A DNA stretch of 64,000 nt from Macrostomum lignano (lineage: Eukaryota): contig NIVC01001592.1 in the NCBI GenBank assembly GCA_002269645.1, forward strand, positions 62,001-126,000, read 5' to 3'. The translations under genes and the position numbers were made by a program. A model generated the notes under the pieces. The model saw only the letters and a program-made list of their open reading frames with translations. It searched no databases and was not told where the DNA came from. The first letter of the stretch is position 1, and the number at the start of each line of letters is the position of its first letter. Shown piece by piece: positions 22,710-34,097 of the stretch.

Positions 22710-23064
22710 TTTATTAGAGGCAGGGGGTTGTATGCACCCTGGCGCACTATAGGCGACATAGGCACACAACCGGCGAGAGGCATTACTGCCCATTCCACCG
22801 ACTCTCCTGAGCAGGCATACAAGCGCGCAGATATGTTACGCAGGCACACACTCACACAGGAGTGTACAGCGGCCCTAACTTTATCAATTGTTAGGCATGT
22901 ACATTTCATTGCGCCTTGGGGGGTTGGCTCTCAAGGCCGTTAATTGCACAGGCGAGCCAAGCCAAAATTCCAATTTAGCCCCAAATTAATATGGCTGCAC
23001 TTGGAATCGAGCCTGGGTTGCGGCACACCAGAGCAGCTGCGCTACTGCTGGGCTACGGCCCCCC
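22710..23064 (-). mobile_element. tRNA-derived SINE, family 1
   Basis: Minus-strand head GGGGCCGTAGCCCAGCAG (A box) ... GGCTCGATTCC (B box). The body shares CCAAGGCGCA and GCCTGCG..GCGCGCTTGTAT..CAGGA with the 36 kb copy. Confidence 0.6.
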
Positions 23065-24675
23065 TGTCATAGTAGCTTACTTTAAGTAATTTGTAATTGT
23101 TAACTATTACAATCTAATTCAACTGAAATTTCTTCCACATTACCATAAAAATAGCCATTTTGCTTCCTACCTATGGTGACTAGGCCTAAAAAAATAACAG
23201 TTGCTATTTATATAGTTACATTAAGTAAAGACCATAGGCACAGATAGTGTTGTATATATGAATGTGTTAACCATAAAAATAACAATTTTGTTATTTATAT
23301 GATCACCATAACAATAAAAACTACCAAAAATTATTTATTTTTACTTTAAAATAATAATAATAAAAATACCATGCCCAACACCATGACACATTTTAATTAG
23401 GCCTAATATTAGGCCTATTGTAAGATACTTATTAACCTCACTTAAAAAAAATTTTATTGTACTATGTTTTAATATATTGTAGTTCTATTTCCTCATGCCT
23501 AAAAACAACAATCTGTGTATAGGCCTACATTAACTTGTGTATTTAAACCCATTAAATAAAAATATGTCTTATCCTTGAAAATTAGTCAAATGAAATAGTA
23601 AAGCTTTAGGCTTTAGTTCAATGATATATTTAGGTTAGGCCTAGCATTAGGCCCAGGAATACCACCAATACATGTCATAGGCATATAGCTCATACACACA
23701 TACATAGGCCTAGTCATAGTCATAGGCCAGGCCCCTAACTAAGCCTAGGGTAGGGCTAGCGGCTAGGCGGGCTAGGTAGGCCACATACTTAGAGAGCATG
23801 ACCATGATGAGCATCTATAAATAAGATAGGTAGGTCTACTTATTACTCTAAAAAAATTGTTACTTTAAATATAGCTAGGGGCCTAGCTCTGATTTCTTGG
23901 TCAAGGAATAGATAAAGACTTTTTGACAGATTTATATCGAACGAACGCCTAAGCCTAATTAATTATGTATAAATGTAATTAGCAATGAGAAAATAAGCGT
24001 GATTTTCTTAGAAGCTTCGTTTGAAAATATTCTTTCGTTATAGCAAGCTTGCGTTGTCACTCAACAACGCTTTGTTTTTTATTCTAACTTTTGCGTTCAA
24101 ATTTACTTTGTTTGCAATCAGCTTTAAATGTCACATGGTTCTGAACTGATAATCCGGTTAATTCTGTATTATAATGTTTTGACTCTCTGTATAATTAACA
24201 CATTCCGAGGGGCCCCGAACTTACATGTAACTGTGGTGGGCTGCTTTCCTTATGCATAACCTTTTTTAGTTTCTAGCATGTAACGATACTTGGAGAGTTG
24301 CTTGCATGAAATGTACATTTGCATAATATTAGACTAGAAAACACTATAGAAAAGCGAAATAATTATGCGACATAATTTGATCAGCCGACGTCCGGACCGC
24401 GGACCTATTAAAATAGCTGAAAAAGCACTGCAAATTTACTTTTACTTTATACAGGTCCTTCCTACCACACTGTCACAATTTATCGTTTCTTGCACGTGTC
24501 CATATAATATCAGGACAGGTGTAATCAATTATTATTAATTTCATTTCTCATTTTCATACATGTACATGTACATACAGTGTGTTCTGGTTGTTCGATCTTT
24601 TAACTCTCAGCAAAAGAGCTCGTTGAATTGGACCCTTCGCATAATACTTTGTAATTGGATGTAAATGATCGCCAC

Positions 24676-25515
24676 AGGCAATCAATCGATCATTGGCGCC
24701 ACAGGCACTCGATCGTTGGCGCCACAGGCACTCGATCGGTGCCGCAGGCACTCGATCATTGGTTCCGCAGGCACTCGATCGTTGGCGCCACAGGCACTCG
24801 ATCGGTGCCGCAGGCACTCGATCATTGGCTCCGCAGGCACTCGATCGTTGGCGCCACAGGCACTCGATCGGTGCCGCAGGCACTCGATCATTGGCTCCGC
24901 AGGCACTCGATCATTGGCGCCACAGGCACTCGATCGGTGCCGCAGGCACTCGATCATTGGCTCCGCAGACACTCGATCGTTGGCGCCACAGGCACTCGAT
25001 CATTGGCTCCGCAGGCACTCGATCCTTGGCTCCGCAGGCACTCGATCGTTGGCGCCACAGGCACTCGATCGGTGCCGCAGGCACTCGATCATTGGCTCCG
25101 CAGGCACTCGATCGTTGGCGCCACAGGCACTCGATCGGTGCCGCAGGCACTCGATCATTGGCTCCGCAGGCACTCGATCATTGGCGCCACAGGCACTCGA
25201 TCATTGGCGCCACAGGCACTCGATAATTGGCACCACAGGCACTCGATCATTGGCGCTACAGGCACTCCATCGGCGCCACAGGCTCTCGATCGGCGCCACA
25301 GGCACTCGATCATTGGCTCCGCAGGCACTCGATCATTGGCTCCGCAGGCACTCGATCGTTGGCGCCACAGGCACTCGATCATTGGCTCCGCAGGCACTCG
25401 ATCGTTGGCGCCACAGGCACTCGATCATTGGCACCACAGGCACTCGATAAATTGGCGCCGGAGGCACTCAATCGGCGCCACAGGCACTCAATCATTGGCG
25501 ACACAGGCACTCATT
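24676..25515. repeat. 20/23-bp minisatellite with 66-bp higher-order structure
   Basis: Units are GGCACTCGATC followed by GTTGGCGCCACA, GGTGCCGCA or ATTGGCTCCGCA, repeated as triplets. Confidence 0.93.
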
Positions 25516-25664
25516 TTGGTGCCGCGGGTGCTACAGCTGTGTACGAGCGTATATGCCTTGGGTGTATATGTAGCGCCCTGAAACAAAAATATTGATTTCC
25601 TCCACGGGTCGATCACAAGGTGGGGTTGGGGGAAAAAGCATTGTCATGTCTATTGCTTTTACTG

Positions 25665-26729
25665 AGCGACGCGCAGCGGGCCAGCGTGCGCCGCGTTGAC
25701 TTGCTGTTCGAGCGAATCCGTCAGCGTCCAGGTCTCGGCGTTGTACAACAGGACGGTCTCGACCACCGCCTGGAACAGCGCCGACCTCTGGCGATCAGGC
25801 AGGGCCTCGGAATGCAGGACCGCCCTCACAGAGCGAAAGGCAGCCCAAGCGAGCCGCAGATCTTCGCGGACGTCAGGTGCCAGACCGCCGAGGTAGACTA
25901 ACTGCTGACAGCGCAGCGCGGAAGCTCCGTTACCTGCCCGTCAGCGCCTCAGCAGAAAATTGCGGCCTCGATGTCGCCCGGCACGCAGACCACAACGGTC
26001 TTCTTTGTGTTGACCACCAGGCCGACGCTCGCTGCAGCGCTAACCAGCTTGTCCAGCTGGCGCTGGGCGCCCTCTGCGGTCGAGGACAGCAGGGCGAGGT
26101 CATCAGCGTAGCCAAGCACGCTGAGACGTTTCTCCGGTTGAAGTCGACCCACGCGTCGCCACAGTAGGAAGCCGTCTTCGTCGGTAGGAAGAGCAGTTCG
26201 TAGCACCCAGTCAAGCACCAGGACGAACAGGAACGGCGCTAGAGTGTCCCCCTGGAGCACACCGGAGGATGTCTCGAAGGAGTCCGACAGCCGTCCGGCG
26301 TCATCACAGCTGCTCTGGTAGCACAGTACAACGCCATTATGGCTATCTACAACGCCATCTACAACGCCAACGCCGCCTTTAAGATCAGCGACGAGCGGAT
26401 CACTAACGCGGCACTCTATCACCGCGCCGGCCAAGTGCCCGTTTAAGTGAACTGCTGCGACTTCGGCGACTCCAGCTGGCAGGCGACATCATCCGCGCCG
26501 AGTCCTACTGCCCGCAGCCGGTGCAGGAGGTGCTGCTGCTAACGGTGCAGGCACCCTACCGGCGCGGCCAGGCCCGAACTCGGCGTTTCGTCGACTGCCT
26601 GCTGGCCGACGCTGGCGCCCCGGACTCTGCCGGCGGTGCGGTCTTTGTTCGCGCCCAGGCTCTGAAGCGTGCGCTGTAACGCTGCATTTTTCCACCTGAC
26701 AGCGTATTTTGTTGTTGTTGTTGTTGTTG
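25665..26729. mobile_element. 5'-truncated, 5'-inverted RTE-like non-LTR retrotransposon
   Basis: The minus-strand RT piece (GVLQGDTLAPFLF, GYADDL, TVLLYNAETW) is joined to a plus-strand 3' end with a (GTT)n tail. 8-bp TSD TTTTACTG at 25657-25664 and 26730-26737. Confidence 0.85.
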
Positions 26730-28434
26730 TTTTACTGGGGGAGGGCGTGTCCCCCTGTCCCCGACCTGTGGCGACGGCGGCGACGACGACCCTGGATCAA
26801 CGCTTAAATATGATGTACGTGCAACTCAATGCCACTAGGAACACTTCGTTATATAAGGACCTTAGTAGTCCTTGGTGCAACTATGCTCAGCAACATGTTA
26901 CAATTTCACCCAGAAACCATGCAGTGCAGGCAAAAAGTTTCAGCTTTAATCCAACATTTAATCTCTAGCTTTAATCTCTAGCCATAACTCTCCACTTTCC
27001 TCACCAGACTAAACTGGGGCCTGGAGCCAGACTAAAATTGCATCAACCCATGCACGTACATGTACAGTTGAGACGTGCTTGAACATGCTGCTGAATGTAG
27101 CTTTTTTAGATAAACTACATCATCATGCAGACGTGTGCGTTCTCTGTCGTTTGAAATTCAAAAAGCACTAGATGTACTCGTATAAACTGATTTTAGCGTT
27201 TCGGAGTATCAGTCTGCGCCCCGCAAGGGGGACCGCGGTGATGGCTAAATGCGTCACAAGTAAATTGATTTTTTAATGGATAGAGAAAATTAGCCAATAG
27301 AAAAATGGAAAAATGGATTTTGATTATTTCACCATCTTCAAGAGATACGGAATCAATTATTGAATTCACTCTGTCTGATTGCGTGACAATAAACGTTTTA
27401 GTTGAAGAAGGTGTAGTAGGGCATTATTTTAGGAACGGGAAATTTTGTGGGTTTAAATATGCTTTTACCCTACTATCAGTAGTTTCAACCCGGGAAAATA
27501 ATTAGAGCGGGGTTAAGTGGATAAAATTGGGGTTCCTTTAGAACTACAGAGCAGTTGGGCTCTCGGGAAAGAAAACTCGGACCTTCGTTGGAGTGTCTTC
27601 TCCTGTTTAAACTTAGAGATTTCACGAAGAAGTGGTAAGGAAAGGGAAATATAAGGGTTAGGCTTGCACAAGAGGAGTCTTGCCTCTAATTATTGGGAAT
27701 CTTGCCCAACGCACAACGGGAATAAAATTAGGGAATTAATGTAAAACAAAATAACCTTTTGTACGCATTCTCTTTATTATTAAAATATTTCCAACTGTTA
27801 ACTATAATCTTTGGTGTCCTGACTCACTTCTTTAATCTAAAATACTAGAATTAGGGAAAGCAGGAAACCTGGTGGCAGCGAAACTACCAAATCTCAAATC
27901 AGTACAGCAGATAATCCACTCATAATCCTTAGCAATAAGAACCAGTAACCTAAACCGCGAGGTACACGCCCATTCCAATTGGTGGCAGCTTAGAGGATTA
28001 GAATACCCGAGAAGCGCATACACTAGACTGGAGCTTAGGATTAGAAAAGGGATTAACGGATTAACTCCTATGTGCTGAAATTAGAACTAAAACTAACACA
28101 AATTTACTAATTAAGGTTCTAAATTAGAGAATTAATGTACATAGTCAGTTGATCTAAGATTGTCTGATCTCAGATTAACGGATTAACGGATTAGGAACGG
28201 ATTAACGCTCCTGAAAGGAATTTTAACTTAGTTTCTTCGCTAGAAGATTAGTAAAGTCTCAATTAAGACCAGAAGTAAGGCGGAAGTAATAAAATTAGAG
28301 TCACTGCTGTTTTATTAACTAAAGTCTTACCATTAGGCAATTTAGCAGCTAAATTCGGAGTCTTGCCAATTTACTGACCAAAATTATTAAACCAGAAGCG
28401 TTAATTCTAAAATCCAACCTAAAATTAAACTAAT

Positions 28435-29478
28435 ATGGAAGCTAATGACGTAGTAGAAGCACTGGCTGAAGGCATTAGAGACAGGCTAGACATTAGGAAA
28501 CATATTAGGATCCAAAAGTACACGCCTAATCAGGATATAGACGTGTGGATTCAGGCTTTCGAGCAGAGGTGTATCGCAGATGAGATACCCCCAGCTGAGT
28601 GGAAGAATGAGTTGCTGTCTAACCTAGATGTTCAGTCAGCGTTCGCTATCGTGACAAGGCTAAACTTAGACCCTAATCTAGCATACGCAAACTTTAAGGA
28701 CAGACTAATTGAGCGATTCACGCATGTAGGTAGTGCTCAAGAAGCTAGGGAAGAGTTCCGTAGTAGGTTCCAGTGCAAAACTGAGAGCACTGATGACTAC
28801 GCTGAGAAGCTAACAGAGCTAGCATGCAGGGCGTTTCCCCATCTAACTAACGATCAGAGACAGGAAGAGGTGGTGGAACAGTTCATTAGAGGTGTTAGGG
28901 TTGCCCCAGAGACTAGAGAGAAGCTACTGCTAGCTCAGGTAAACTCGCTTCAAGAGACACGTCGAGTCTTGCGACGTATCGAAATGGCGTACGCTATGTC
29001 TCGCCGAGGTAGAGACCCGCAGCAGTGTAAGGCAACTGGAGGAGAAGAAGCTGAGAATGGCTTGAAGGAATTAGTCCGCAAACAGGGTGAGGCGCTAGAG
29101 ACCCAGCAGAAGGTGCTTCAGGAGTTACTCCGACACCACCAGAGTGTTGAGCAAAAGGTCAAGCAGCAGCAGCCGTCAGGTCAGCAGCAGCAAGGCCAGA
29201 ATCAGCAGAGGCGTCCCCCAGTGAAGTGCAACAGGTGTGGCAAGCTAGGTCACATAGCTAAGAATTGTAGACAGCCACATCCGCAGAACCAGCTTAGGTA
29301 CCCGGCTCAGCAGCAAATGCAGTATCAGCAGCCGCAGTATCAGCAGCCGCAGTATCAGCAGCCGATGTACCCACAGCAGCAGATGCAGCCGCAGTACCCG
29401 CAGCCGCAATACCCTCAGCAGCAGAATTCGGGAAACGGAATAGACGGAAGCGTCGGAGGCAACGCTTTCCAGCAGTAG
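28435..29478 (+). CDS. gag: Gag with CCHC zinc knuckle
   Basis: 347 aa; capsid-like region, CNRCGKLGHIAKNC knuckle and Q/P-rich tail. Confidence 0.93.
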   Translation: MEANDVVEALAEGIRDRLDIRKHIRIQKYTPNQDIDVWIQAFEQRCIADEIPPAEWKNELLSNLDVQSAFAIVTRLNLDPNLAYANFKDRLIERFTHVGSAQEAREEFRSRFQCKTESTDDYAEKLTELACRAFPHLTNDQRQEEVVEQFIRGVRVAPETREKLLLAQVNSLQETRRVLRRIEMAYAMSRRGRDPQQCKATGGEEAENGLKELVRKQGEALETQQKVLQELLRHHQSVEQKVKQQQPSGQQQQGQNQQRRPPVKCNRCGKLGHIAKNCRQPHPQNQLRYPAQQQMQYQQPQYQQPQYQQPMYPQQQMQPQYPQPQYPQQQNSGNGIDGSVGGNAFQQ

Positions 29479-32400
29479 ATCCCTCACAGTCTGTAGCCTC
29501 ACAACCTGTAAATAGCAGCGATACTTTTTCTGTAAATAGTGAATTGAATTCTTCAGTGTATAACAGTAGGCATGCGCAAACATTTAATCAATCATTTAAT
29601 CAACCAAACATTTATTCTCAGCACTTTTCAAACGCACCACAACAGCAACCCTATTCTAGCAAGCAGCAGCTAAAACAACCAAAATTAACTGAACAAACTA
29701 AAAAACAAAGTTATGATCCGTACATCACTGGCAGCATTTTAAATAAGGAAATAGTTTATCTATTAGACACTGGCAGTAATAGAAATATCTTAGGACGCGA
29801 AACCTGGAAGCATCTTTTCACTGGCAAGAATAGGCATCTAATTAAGCATTGGGACAATAGAATTGTTTCTTTTATGGAAGAGCCTATTCCAATTAAGGGT
29901 TTCGTAGTTATTAAGGCAACATTTGGCGATTTCGAAGAAGAAGTTGAGTTTCTCTTATGTGACGCAGATGTAGACAATGTAATAGGTGTGACGTTTGTCC
30001 AAAAATATTGTAATACCATTGACTTCGATGCAGGAATGCTAACCATGAAACAAGGAACTAGAATTCCGCTTCGATCAACCAGAGCTAAGCCTCAGGTTAG
30101 GAGAATCTATGTCGCAGAAAAAACGACAGTTTCAGCCAATAGTTCAGGATTAGTCAAGGTCAGATTAGCAGCAGGTAGTGAAACTAATTTCGGAGTGCCA
30201 TCAGTTGTTGAGCCACTCAGATCAGGATTGAAGACTAGAACAGAGAAAGTAACTGTAGTGCCAAGTTTAGTAACTCTAAGACAAGGGGAAGCTTATTTAG
30301 AAGTAATTAACACCAGTTCACAGGAAGCTAAAGTACCAGCATCAGCATTAGTTGGGATGGCTAAACCACTCTTAGCTAGCGAGCTTAACTATCTGAAGGA
30401 ACAGCCAGAAGAGGAGCAGAATAAGAGCACGCAGTCTTGCGGAAGCAGAGAAAAGATCAGTCAAGTGCAGGAGAAGTCAGAAGACTGGATTAGTGAAATC
30501 AACATAGGAACTGAACTGACTCAGGAACAGAGACAAAAGGTGATCGAGGTCGTCAAGGAACATTCAGCAGCTTTCTCGCAGCACGAGTTAGACTTAGGCA
30601 GAACGCATTTAGTCACACATGAAATTATCTTGAAGGATAACAACCCAGTTCAGATACCAGCTAGGAAAATTCCACCTCATTGGATCAAGGAGGTAGATGA
30701 ACAGTTAGATCTCATGTTGGCTAGAGGCATAATTAGGCCTAGTTACTCGCAGTACTCGACTCCATTAGTCATAGTACCTAAGAAAGACGGTTCGCTTAGA
30801 TTAGTTAACGACTATCGAGCACTAAACAATAAATCGGAGTACTTTCCGTATCCAATAACTAATATCAATGAAACATTTTCATGTCTCCATGGAGCCAGTC
30901 AATTCTCTACGTTAGATCTATTTTCGGGATATTATCAGATAGCTCTTAGGGAAGAAGATAAGTGCAAGACTAGCTTTCCAACTTTACATCGAGGCTCGTT
31001 TGAGTACGAAGTATTGCCAATGGGACTGCAAGGAGCTCCAGGAACTTTTCAAAGGTGCATGAACTTAGTTCTTAAGGACATTGCACAGAAGTTCGCCATA
31101 GCTTACTTAGACGATGTAATAGTTTATAGTGCAGACTTTGAATCGCATTTAGAACACCTGAAAGAAGTGCTCAAGAGACTAATACAAGCTAACATGAAAC
31201 TAAAGGCTAAGAAATGTCACCTTTTCAAATCAGAATTACAATATCTAGGACACGTCATAGGCAAAGCAGGAATTAAGAGAGATGCGTCGAAATTAGAATC
31301 AATTAGGAACTGGCCGAAACCTAAATCTGTGACAGAGCTTCGAAGTTTTCTCGGACTCTGTAATTACTATAGAAAATTCGTTAGAGATTTTGCCGAGGTA
31401 GCAGCACCACTCTGTGAGCTAACGAAGAAGAACATCAAATGTATCCAGGACAAATGGACCAGGATCCATGATGAATGCTTCGAGTTGTTGAAGGAACGGA
31501 TGTGTTCCGAAGAAGTGCTTGCTTACCCAGAGTTCAATACAGACCCCCAAGTTTATTTTGTGTTAGACACTGATGCATCAAATGTCAGAATTGGGGCGGT
31601 CTTGAATCAAGTTCAGAGCGACGGCATAGAAAGACCGATCGCGTATTATAGTCGGAAGATGAGGCAGTCAGAAACTAGATATCCGATTACGAGGAAGGAG
31701 CTTCTAGCGATTGTTGACTCGCTGAAGTATTTTAGATTTTACCTCGTAGGAAAACATTTTAAGGTGCGCACTGATCACAATGCCCTAACCTGGTTGCTTC
31801 GCCAAACCGAACAGACAGGCATTTTAGGTCGTTGGATCGAAAGACTTTCCGAATTTGATTTTGAGATAGAACATAGGAGTGGCCCTAAACATGTGAATGC
31901 TGACGCTCTATCCAGGATCCCTGATCCTCAACCGGAAGAGATGTCCCCACATGCCAGGTCGCTAAGCTGTAGGGCAACTGTGAATACAGACCCAGCATCA
32001 GCTTTTACTGTCAGCTCAGGCAATTCCGCGTTCGCTGAAACCTGTAGCTCGAGCAGTGGAGTTCCGTCATGCTGTTCGTCACAAGACACTGTCACGAACC
32101 GACACAATACTCCGATCTTTAGTAGCAGTAGGCTAGACAATAGACAGGGACAGGAGCCTAAAACCGGAAATCCGCCTGCATGCAATGCCCTGCTCAGTGA
32201 CTATCTCCGTAGCCCAGTTCGCCGTGACCAATTGATCGCAGCACAGCTAGCCGATCCGGCGGTAGGCTTTGTTAGAAATTTAATTGAGAATGACTCGCCT
32301 AAACCGACATTGCAAGAACGACTAGAGTTAACCCACGACTGTAGGAACCTCTTAGGTTACTACGAGTTGCTCATAATTGAGGACGGTGTACTCAAAGTAG

Positions 32401-34094
32401 ACTTATCTATGGGGCAGACTGATCCAAAGGTAGTGTTGCCCAAGTCTCTGGATAGTGAAGTCTTTCACCAATTCCATGATTCACCGTTAGCGGGACACCT
32501 AGGTCGAGATAAAACTTATCAGAGAATTAAAATTCGATTTTGGAGGCCAGGATTAGCAACAGCAGTCGAACGCTACGTAGCCAAATGTAAATCATGCCTA
32601 GAAAGCAAAACTAGACGAAGAATTAAGGCACCAATTCAGAACTATCCTGTAGTCGAACCATTCGGTAGATTGCACATAGATCTAATAGGACCTATTGGCC
32701 AAACTAGCAAATCAGGAAACAAATATGTACTTTCAGTCATAGACAGCACTAGCAAATTTCCATTCGCATTCGCAATTAGGAATCAGAAGGCTAAAACAGT
32801 TATCAAAATTCTACAAGAACGAGTTTTCGCTGATTTTGGGATTCCACAATGGATTCACACAGACCAGGGAACACAGTTCACTGGTAGGGCCTTTAAGAAA
32901 TTTTTAGACCTCTATGGCATTAGACACACTCGAACAACTAGTTATCATCCGCAGAGCAATGGCTTAGTAGAAAACCTTAATAAGCAGATTAAATCAATTC
33001 TCACCTGTTTACTGGAGAAGGAGCATTCCAACTGGGACGTTCTGTTGCCAGGTTGCATAACAGCTCTGAGAACCAGCACGCACACTGCCACAGGATTTAG
33101 TCCGCACTATTTAGTCTTTGGACGAGAGGCCAGAATGCCCTGTGACAATGAGCTGAATGAGCCAAAGCAGTTCCAGGATTTGCCATCTTATGTCCAGGAT
33201 CATCAGCAGAATCTGCAGGAAGGCCAAGAACTAGCAAGAAAGAGATTAAAATTAGTGCAACAAAACCGTGAGCAGGAGTACTCTAATAAGCCTAAGCCGA
33301 AGACATTGCCTGTAGGAAGCTTAGTATTTATTAATAATCCAGTAATTGCTAACACAGAGGCTAACAAATTTCACAGAAAACAAAGGGCAGTTTACGAAAT
33401 TGTAGAACAATTATCAGAAGTAGTCTTTAAGATTAGACCAGTCACCAAAAATAAGAAGGCTAGAAAGGAAGAACTTATTATGCATAGGGATAATTTAATG
33501 AAAGTACCGCAAGCAGATTATCCGGAAGAAGAAGCGAGTACTAAGCCAAAAGAGCAGAGGAAACAATACAATAGGGAACAGTTAGCTAATAGTCAGCCGA
33601 ATGTGTACAATGACTCAGAAAGTGAAGACGAGTACGAGGACGCAGTGCAGTTTATGCCAGTGCAGCATCAAAATAATGAGCAGTTTATGCCAGTACAACA
33701 TCAAAATAATGAGCAGTTTATGCCAGTACAGCATCAAAATAATGAGCAGTTTATGCCAGTACAACATCAAAATAATGAGCAGTTTATGCCAGTACAACAT
33801 CAAAATAATGAGCAGTTTATGCCAGTGCAAAATCAAAATAATGTGCAGTCAGCGCCAAATCAACAAGTGCAGCATCAAAATAATAATCAAAATAATTCAG
33901 TAGGTGTACAAGGAGTTATGCCGGTACAATTAAATAATAACAATAATAATCTAGGGATTAATTTAGAAGCTAGGCCAGCTAGAGAGCGTCATGCTCCAGA
34001 TAGATTAACTGTCAGGCCAAACCAGAAAAGTTATGTACAGAGGATAGCGGAGTTGTTTAACCCATTTAACCTCTTGCAGCCGAAATCTCAATAA
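29430..34094 (+). CDS. pol: Pol polyprotein (protease, RT, RNase H, integrase) in the -1 frame relative to gag
   Basis: LLDTGS protease; YLDD RT; DTDAS..ELLAI..RTDH RNase H; H..H..C..C plus D..D..E integrase. The frame is stop-free back to the GGGAAAC heptamer at 29430 (the track start at 29544 is a TTG). Confidence 0.93.
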   Translation, partial: GKRNRRKRRRQRFPAVDPSQSVASQPVNSSDTFSVNSELNSSVYNSRHAQTFNQSFNQPNIYSQHFSNAPQQQPYSSKQQLKQPKLTEQTKKQSYDPYITGSILNKEIVYLLDTGSNRNILGRETWKHLFTGKNRHLIKHWDNRIVSFMEEPIPIKGFVVIKATFGDFEEEVEFLLCDADVDNVIGVTFVQKYCNTIDFDAGMLTMKQGTRIPLRSTRAKPQVRRIYVAEKTTVSANSSGLVKVRLAAGSETNFGVPSVVEPLRSGLKTRTEKVTVVPSLVTLRQGEAYLEVINTSSQEAKVPASALVGMAKPLLASELNYLKEQPEEEQNKSTQSCGSREKISQVQEKSEDWISEINIGTELTQEQRQKVIEVVKEHSAAFSQHELDLGRTHLVTHEIILKDNNPVQIPARKIPPHWIKEVDEQLDLMLARGIIRPSYSQYSTPLVIVPKKDGSLRLVNDYRALNNKSEYFPYPITNINETFSCLHGASQFSTLDLFSGYYQIALREEDKCKTSFPTLHRGSFEYEVLPMGLQGAPGTFQRCMNLVLKDIAQKFAIAYLDDVIVYSADFESHLEHLKEVLKRLIQANMKLKAKKCHLFKSELQYLGHVIGKAGIKRDASKLESIRNWPKPKSVTELRSFLGLCNYYRKFVRDFAEVAAPLCELTKKNIKCIQDKWTRIHDECFELLKERMCSEEVLAYPEFNTDPQVYFVLDTDASNVRIGAVLNQVQSDGIERPIAYYSRKMRQSETRYPITRKELLAIVDSLKYFRFYLVGKHFKVRTDHNALTWLLRQTEQTGILGRWIERLSEFDFEIEHRSGPKHVNADALSRIPDPQPEEMSPHARSLSCRATVNTDPASAFTVSSGNSAFAETCSSSSGVPSCCSSQDTVTNRHNTPIFSSSRLDNRQGQEPKTGNPPACNALLSDYLRSPVRRDQLIAAQLADPAVGFVRNLIENDSPKPTLQERLELTHDCRNLLGYYELLIIEDGVLKVDLSMGQTDPKVVLPKSLDSEVFHQFHDSPLAGHLGRDKTYQRIKIRFWRPGLATAVERYVAKCKSCLESKTRRRIKAPIQNYPVVEPFGRLHIDLIGPIGQTSKSGNKYVLSVIDSTSKFPFAFAIRNQKAKTVIKILQERVFADFGIPQWIHTDQGTQFTGRAFKKFLDLYGIRHTRTTSYHPQSNGLVENLNKQIKSILTCLLEKEHSNWDVLLPGCITALRTSTHTATGFSPHYLVFGREARMPCDNELNEPKQFQDLPSYVQDHQQNLQEGQELARKRLKLVQQNREQEYSNKPKPKTLPVGSLVFINNPVIANTEANKFHRKQRAVYEIVEQLSEVVFKIRPVTKNKKARKEELIMHRDNLMKVPQADYPEEEASTKPKEQRKQYNREQLANSQPNVYNDSESEDEYEDAVQFMPVQHQNNEQFMPVQHQNNEQFMPVQHQNNEQFMPVQHQNNEQFMPVQHQNNEQFMPVQNQNNVQSAPNQQVQHQNNNQNNSVGVQGVMPVQLNNNNNNLGINLEARPARERHAPDRLTVRPNQKSYVQRIAELFNPFNLLQPKSQ

Positions 34095-34097
34095 ATC

